Assembly: GCA_025839675.1 (NCBI GenBank)
Contig: CP104013.1
Location: forward strand, 1,830,001-1,862,000
Direction of reading: 5' to 3'
DNA: 32,000 nt
Origin: Candidatus Lokiarchaeum ossiferum
Lineage (GTDB): Archaea > Asgardarchaeota > Lokiarchaeia > Sigyniarchaeales > Promethearchaeaceae
Position numbers and translations under genes: made by a program. Each line of letters opens with the position of its first letter. Position 1 is the first letter of the stretch. Below the pieces are notes generated by a model that was not told where the DNA came from, searched no databases, and was given only the letters and a program-made list of their open reading frames with translations. Shown piece by piece: positions 27,555 through 32,000 of the stretch.

Positions 27555-28688
27555 TTAATCGGCTGCAACTTCTTCCTTCTTTTTCGCCGCCGCTTTCTTC
27601 AATTTCACTTGGGCATAATACTCGTCCTTCATCATATCCAAGGCTTTTAACAGCGCATTCGGATTTTGAGAGCGGGTACGATACTGTTGACGAATGTTGT
27701 CAATATTATAACGCGGATAAAAACGTTCAATGAAGAAATCCGAGGTCAAACAGAAATATTCATTGTTCTTATCATCTTGGAAGACCGCAATCATCTTGGT
27801 TTCCCACATGGCTTTCAAAACCCGATCCACATCATCCACCCCTTTCTTCCGAAGTTTTTCCAAATCGTTGCGAGTCACCATGGCTTCCCGCATCAATTTA
27901 ATCACTTCATAGCAGGCCGGATCCAAGAGTACTTTATCGATGATCGCCAAATTATCCGCTTCACTGGGGACATACAGTTCAAAGAAATTGCGTACTTCCT
28001 TGATGTAAGAATCCTTCAAGGATGCCGGTAGATGATGATCCACGGGATCTTTGACCAACTCCACCGGAGGAGTACGTAAAACCATGATATCCTCGGTTAA
28101 AAAGACCAAATCAGAAGATAACCCCTTCACGGAAGCGATTTTCACAAGCCCAAGTTTCACCATCCCCGCCAAGAGGTTTTCCACATCCACAAAACCTTCG
28201 CGGTATTGATCCTTCATCCAAATCGAGATTTCGGATTTCGAAATGGCTGTTTCTTCCCGTAAACGATTTAATAACATCCGTTTGACATCACTATTTAATA
28301 ACATCCCATAGCGTTGTTCTTCGGTTAACGTTGGATAGACCGACAAACGTTGGAACAAGGGAGGCAAAATCGAATTTAAGGAATCCGACTCCAAATTCAT
28401 CAGAATTTGGCGCGTAATTTCCGCCAACCCTTCTTCATACACATCCCCATCTTCTTCAGCGGTGAGAATCAAGATCACATACACTGCCGATTCGGGTCCG
28501 GTATAATAGGAAGCGAGATTGACCGCCCCTGCCGTCAATGACACCATTCCAGCTTCACCGGTAAATTCATGTTGGGAATAAAGTTGCATCAAGGTTTTCT
28601 CTTGAATGACCACTTCTTCAGGGTAGGCCCCTAACACTTCGACCCCCACCCGTTCATCCCAATGCATTATGACTAATCCAGTTGGCAT
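27555..28688 (-). CDS. Cytosolic protein: longin-like N-terminal domain plus two winged-helix-like segments and a Lys/Ala-rich tail
   Basis: ATG at 28688 lies 1 nt after the stop of the upstream giant ORF. No TM or signal peptide. Residues 1-105 follow a strand-strand-helix-strand-strand-strand-helix pattern: GLVIMHWDERVGVEVLGAY / EKTLMQLYSQHEF / MVSLTAGAVNLASYYTG..AVYVILILTAEED / YEEGLAEITRQILMNL. Residues ~130-200 and ~250-320 look like wHTH units (for example ISKSEISIWMKDQYREGFVDVENLLAGMVKLGLVKIASVKG). GC content is clearly above that of the neighbours. The gene call is solid; domain calls are by eye. Confidence 0.55.
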   Translation of the reverse strand: MPTGLVIMHWDERVGVEVLGAYPEEVVIQEKTLMQLYSQHEFTGEAGMVSLTAGAVNLASYYTGPESAVYVILILTAEEDGDVYEEGLAEITRQILMNLESDSLNSILPPLFQRLSVYPTLTEEQRYGMLLNSDVKRMLLNRLREETAISKSEISIWMKDQYREGFVDVENLLAGMVKLGLVKIASVKGLSSDLVFLTEDIMVLRTPPVELVKDPVDHHLPASLKDSYIKEVRNFFELYVPSEADNLAIIDKVLLDPACYEVIKLMREAMVTRNDLEKLRKKGVDDVDRVLKAMWETKMIAVFQDDKNNEYFCLTSDFFIERFYPRYNIDNIRQQYRTRSQNPNALLKALDMMKDEYYAQVKLKKAAAKKKEEVAAD

Positions 28689-28689
28689 T

Positions 28690-31600
28690 TTAAAGCCCTC
28701 CTACTTCTTCATCGCCTGCAGCAATGACAGAATCTGATGCAGTTTTTGCATCATTTACACCCAAAATCGAAGCAAGATCTAAATCTAAGATTTGCCAACG
28801 TTCTGCCAGAACTTCAACAATTTCATCTTTTGCAGTTAAACTGATTAATCCATCGGGTAGATCATGCTTTTTCTCCATATCTTTCTTCGTCGCATCAATT
28901 TGTTTAATAATCAAAGGAATTCGAGCACGTTTGATACCTTGTTGCACCATTATTATCACAACTACAGCCCCCAAAGTAGATCCGATTATAATCCAATTTT
29001 GGAATGTGACCCCTAAATAGGGATCCACAGGAAGTGTGATGGCAAATGTTACAGTTTCTTCTACCGTTGTATAGTTTTCTTTACTTATGGCCAGTGTTAA
29101 TAAATAGGAATTTACATTATGAGTTTTCAACTCTGCAGGAGTAAAAACGTATGAATAAACTCCTGCATCTCCTTCAACTAAGACATATTCCCGATTATTA
29201 AAACTTAAAACTACATTCGCACCTTGAATTCCAAGTTCTACGGAAAAAGTGATTCCTTGATTCTGAGGGGTATCAATTACCCCTTCGATCGCAATTTCAT
29301 CGAATATTGATACCACATCAATAGTTTTTGTTCCAACGATGATATCAAAAGTAGTTTCTGCATTTGAGTAATTCATAATACTGGACACAATTTTTATTCT
29401 ATAAGATCCCAAAGTGTTTCCATTGAAATGATAAAGATAGAATCCATTCGAATCAAAAGTCAAATCACCATCTTCAATTTCAATCGTTTTATTGTTTGCA
29501 AGGTCATAGATATAATATACAACCCCAGCATTGTTAATTACATTATTTTCCAAATGGCTTTCATCATCAGACACAAATAATTTCACACCCATATCTACCA
29601 TTTCATCCAATTCAATGTTAATGGTTTCCACTATTGAGGAAGCAGTCGAATTCATTAAAGGTATTAAAGTGGTTTTTAGAGGTTCAATCAATAAGTGTTC
29701 ATGGGTCCAAGCTTCTGCATAAACGCTCACATTGATAATTGGAATAGCATAAAATACCGTTTGTTTCGCTACTGAGACAATGCCAGTGTTAAACCACACA
29801 TCATAATAACCAGCACCTAAGTCATTATTCGCATTCCAACCCCAAAGAGATCCCATAGTACTAGCACCTAAAGAATGAATCAAGTTTTCCTTTTCTCCTT
29901 GGATAGAAGTAATGTTCAACCCAGAAATATCAGCCCCAGATAACGCAAGACCATTACGCGGAGATTCTGAACAATAATATTTCATTGTAAAAGTTGAATT
30001 CTCACCCCATGGATATATTATCGGAGGATTAATTACTTCTATTTCAGTCTCCCAATATTCAATTATTTCTAAATCGAGATTAACTGTTTTTGTTGCAGTA
30101 TTCTCTTTTTGGGCACTTAGAGTTAAGGTGTATTGTCCTGCCGGGAAATTAATAAGCGATTTATTACAAATATATTCTCCTGTACTTACCTCATAGACAT
30201 CTAAATCCAATCCGATTGAATCTATCCTTCCGGATAACGTCGGATAAATTTCGAGGAAACTCAAAAATTGAACTCCCAAGCTTAACACTTCATTTTGTGC
30301 AATTTTTATCGCATTCGAAGATATTTTAAAATCTTTACCAATTGAATAAACGAAATCCACTGATCTTCGAAGAACTAAAATATTCACAGAAGATTTTTCG
30401 GAAAGTGAATAATTGGTTAATTCCATTGTGAATTCAAGCAAGAATGATCCCACTTTACTCGCAAGGAAAGTAAAATTATATTCACCATTTTCTGTAAAGT
30501 CCAGATACCCTCTTTCAATAGAATTACTTCCGGGTTGAGAAACGTTGTACAAATTATACTCTATTAATGCCCCATCGATCCTTTTTCCTAAAATACTGCT
30601 GGAAGATTCAGTGACATTCATTATGACGTTTATGTCGATTGAATCATCGAAATAAAGTTCTACTTCTTGGATCTCCGATTCACTATCAAATGGTGTAAGA
30701 GAAGTATCCACAGGACGAATTGAAACCCATGGTTTTACAGTTGCTATAGAATATTGAGATTGTTCAATGGTTGGAATGATATAGAATAATTTCTCACTTG
30801 CTACTTCTAAAACACTCGTATTTACCTCAATTCGATAATAACCATCGCCATAAGCACCATCATCTTTTAGATTTTCCCAAGTCCAATTTGCAGGATCACT
30901 CGAAGAAAGCAAAATTTCTTCAACTTCAGTAGCACCTTCCATATAAGTAATCGAGAGTTGAGAAATTTCGGCATCACTCAGCGGATCGCTTAATCGAGGT
31001 TCGGATGTGCATTCATAATAAACATAGAATGTGACATTATTACTCCAAGAAGTTGATAATGGAGGATTAACGATTTCTAATTTGGAACTCCAGGTAGATA
31101 AGATTTCCACATTTATTTTGATAGTTGAATTTTCGTGGTTCATTTTTTCAGTGATAATGTAAAATTCGTGGAAACCTAAACTAAAACCAGAAGCACTTAC
31201 CGTACAGTTATATTGCCATTCTCCAAGCCCATAATTATAATTCATTATAGGATTGGCAAGAGTATCTAAATATACCGTAATACTTGCATCATTGACTTGG
31301 CTGGAATTACTCACATAGGTATAATTCAAAAATGTCGTGATATTTTCCGTGATTGATGTTCGTAGTGAAGTATCACTTATTTTGAAGTCGGATTCAATAA
31401 AAGTATCTGTTTGAGTATCTACAGGTAAAATAGTAATCACTACAGTCAAGGATTGCGCCGTAAGGTTTCTTGCAGCAGCACTCAAACTGATTGTGTAAAC
31501 CCCAACATTCAAACTATATTTTGAAACAGTGAGTAAATACACACTACTGCTCGCATCTAAACTCGCTAATGTTCCCGAAAATACAGTATCTTGAATGGTA

Positions 31601-32000
31601 TATTCAATGGTTGAAATCGAATCAGAAATGTTCATAATTTCAGGAAGAACTGTTGTATAGTTGAAAGAAATAACAATATCTTGATCCCATTGTTTAGTAA
31701 GTTCAGATGTAGATGTTATTCGTTGGAATTTTGTGGTGTGATTCAATATTCGAATTTCACAAACAAAAGTAGAACTTTGCAAATCTTCAGTACCAGCATT
31801 TTGACCTCCTACTACAAATGTAAACACATAAGTTCCTGCCCCATACTGTGTTGAGAATAAACTAATATTGTATAAACCGGTCCCCACAGATAAATCATTG
31901 AAATCATCTGAGGATGAATCATTTATACTGTTTCCATTTTTAGTTAATTCCCAACTTCCTGTAGTTAGCCCTACTCCATGAGTTACAGCAGCATCATTGA
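28690..32000 (-). CDS. Giant single-pass (type-I-like) surface protein, sequon-rich, internally duplicated; 5' end outside the window
   Basis: The reading frame stays open from the track's GTG (31887) up to nt 32000, so the N-terminus is missing. About 960 aa of Ser/Thr/Asn-rich beta-type sequence carries roughly two dozen N-x-S/T sequons (counted by eye). One TM (WIIIGSTLGAVVVIIMV, ~28942-28995) is followed by KRAR and an ~83-aa acidic cytoplasmic tail. Confidence 0.7.
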   Translation of the reverse strand, partial: NDAAVTHGVGLTTGSWELTKNGNSINDSSSDDFNDLSVGTGLYNISLFSTQYGAGTYVFTFVVGGQNAGTEDLQSSTFVCEIRILNHTTKFQRITSTSELTKQWDQDIVISFNYTTVLPEIMNISDSISTIEYTIQDTVFSGTLASLDASSSVYLLTVSKYSLNVGVYTISLSAAARNLTAQSLTVVITILPVDTQTDTFIESDFKISDTSLRTSITENITTFLNYTYVSNSSQVNDASITVYLDTLANPIMNYNYGLGEWQYNCTVSASGFSLGFHEFYIITEKMNHENSTIKINVEILSTWSSKLEIVNPPLSTSWSNNVTFYVYYECTSEPRLSDPLSDAEISQLSITYMEGATEVEEILLSSSDPANWTWENLKDDGAYGDGYYRIEVNTSVLEVASEKLFYIIPTIEQSQYSIATVKPWVSIRPVDTSLTPFDSESEIQEVELYFDDSIDINVIMNVTESSSSILGKRIDGALIEYNLYNVSQPGSNSIERGYLDFTENGEYNFTFLASKVGSFLLEFTMELTNYSLSEKSSVNILVLRRSVDFVYSIGKDFKISSNAIKIAQNEVLSLGVQFLSFLEIYPTLSGRIDSIGLDLDVYEVSTGEYICNKSLINFPAGQYTLTLSAQKENTATKTVNLDLEIIEYWETEIEVINPPIIYPWGENSTFTMKYYCSESPRNGLALSGADISGLNITSIQGEKENLIHSLGASTMGSLWGWNANNDLGAGYYDVWFNTGIVSVAKQTVFYAIPIINVSVYAEAWTHEHLLIEPLKTTLIPLMNSTASSIVETINIELDEMVDMGVKLFVSDDESHLENNVINNAGVVYYIYDLANNKTIEIEDGDLTFDSNGFYLYHFNGNTLGSYRIKIVSSIMNYSNAETTFDIIVGTKTIDVVSIFDEIAIEGVIDTPQNQGITFSVELGIQGANVVLSFNNREYVLVEGDAGVYSYVFTPAELKTHNVNSYLLTLAISKENYTTVEETVTFAITLPVDPYLGVTFQNWIIIGSTLGAVVVIIMVQQGIKRARIPLIIKQIDATKKDMEKKHDLPDGLISLTAKDEIVEVLAERWQILDLDLASILGVNDAKTASDSVIAAGDEEVGGL
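29338..31215 (-). repeat. Intragenic tandem duplication: two ~280-aa homologous segments, period ~346 aa, within the giant surface-protein gene
   Basis: Protein-level parallels at an offset of ~346 aa: KLEIVNPPLSTSWSNNVTFYVYYECTSEPR vs EIEVINPPIIYPWGENSTFTMKYYCSESPR; GDGYYRIEVNTSVLEVASEKLFYIIP vs GAGYYDVWFNTGIVSVAKQTVFYAIP; LDFTENGEYNFTFLASKVGSFLLEFTMELTNYS vs LTFDSNGFYLYHFNGNTLGSYRIKIVSSIMNYS. Divergent at the DNA level. Confidence 0.6.

Noticed and set aside
27521-28031. Plus-strand ORFs 27521-27733, 27666-28031 and 27730-27912, antisense to the longin/WH gene
   Set aside because: They are explained by the locally elevated GC, which makes stop codons rarer on the antisense strand. The translations are low-complexity and the minus-strand ORF is far longer and structured.
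1-32000. Search for CRISPR arrays, rRNA genes, additional tRNAs and prophage or defence-island hallmarks
   Set aside because: No regularly spaced direct repeats and no rRNA-like conserved blocks were seen. No further cloverleaf candidates were found in the intergenic regions I read. No nuclease, helicase or methylase combinations typical of defence systems were seen.

Overview
AT-rich archaeal chromosomal window; hand-sampled GC is mostly about 27-40%. Gene content points to an Asgard (Lokiarchaeia-like) archaeon. The evidence is an archaeal/eukaryotic-type TyrRS, an intron-less tRNA-Arg(GCG), a PGF-CTERM-type surface-protein sorting signal, and several eukaryote-signature-like genes (Rab-like small GTPase, RING-H2+TPR protein, longin/roadblock-like domains). 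This placement is inference, not a database result. Layout: (i) 1-1604, a partial IS-like element with a split DDE transposase. (ii) Housekeeping tyrS and ppdK. (iii) 6.6-9.7 kb: a coiled-coil/poly-Pro protein, a Rab-like GTPase, a membrane protein, tRNA-Arg and a RING-H2/TPR protein. (iv) 10.2-14.6 kb: a thiBPQ-like ABC importer on the minus strand, preceded by a clear TPP riboswitch; an M20 amidohydrolase, a thiamine pyrophosphokinase and a methyltransferase lie on the other side. (v) An ABC-2 transporter pair, a zinc-ribbon protein, a NUDIX hydrolase and a secreted beta-propeller-repeat protein. (vi) Two wHTH regulators. (vii) 25.2-32.0 kb, the most unusual part: a co-directional three-gene cluster. 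It holds a >1100-aa sequon-rich, internally duplicated single-pass surface protein; a translationally coupled 377-aa cytosolic protein (longin-like N-terminus plus two winged-helix-like segments) that is a sharp GC/codon-usage outlier; and a 762-aa polytopic membrane protein with a roadblock/longin-like cytoplasmic tail. No CRISPR array, rRNA or obvious prophage was seen. All domain calls come from reading motifs by eye; no searches were run.
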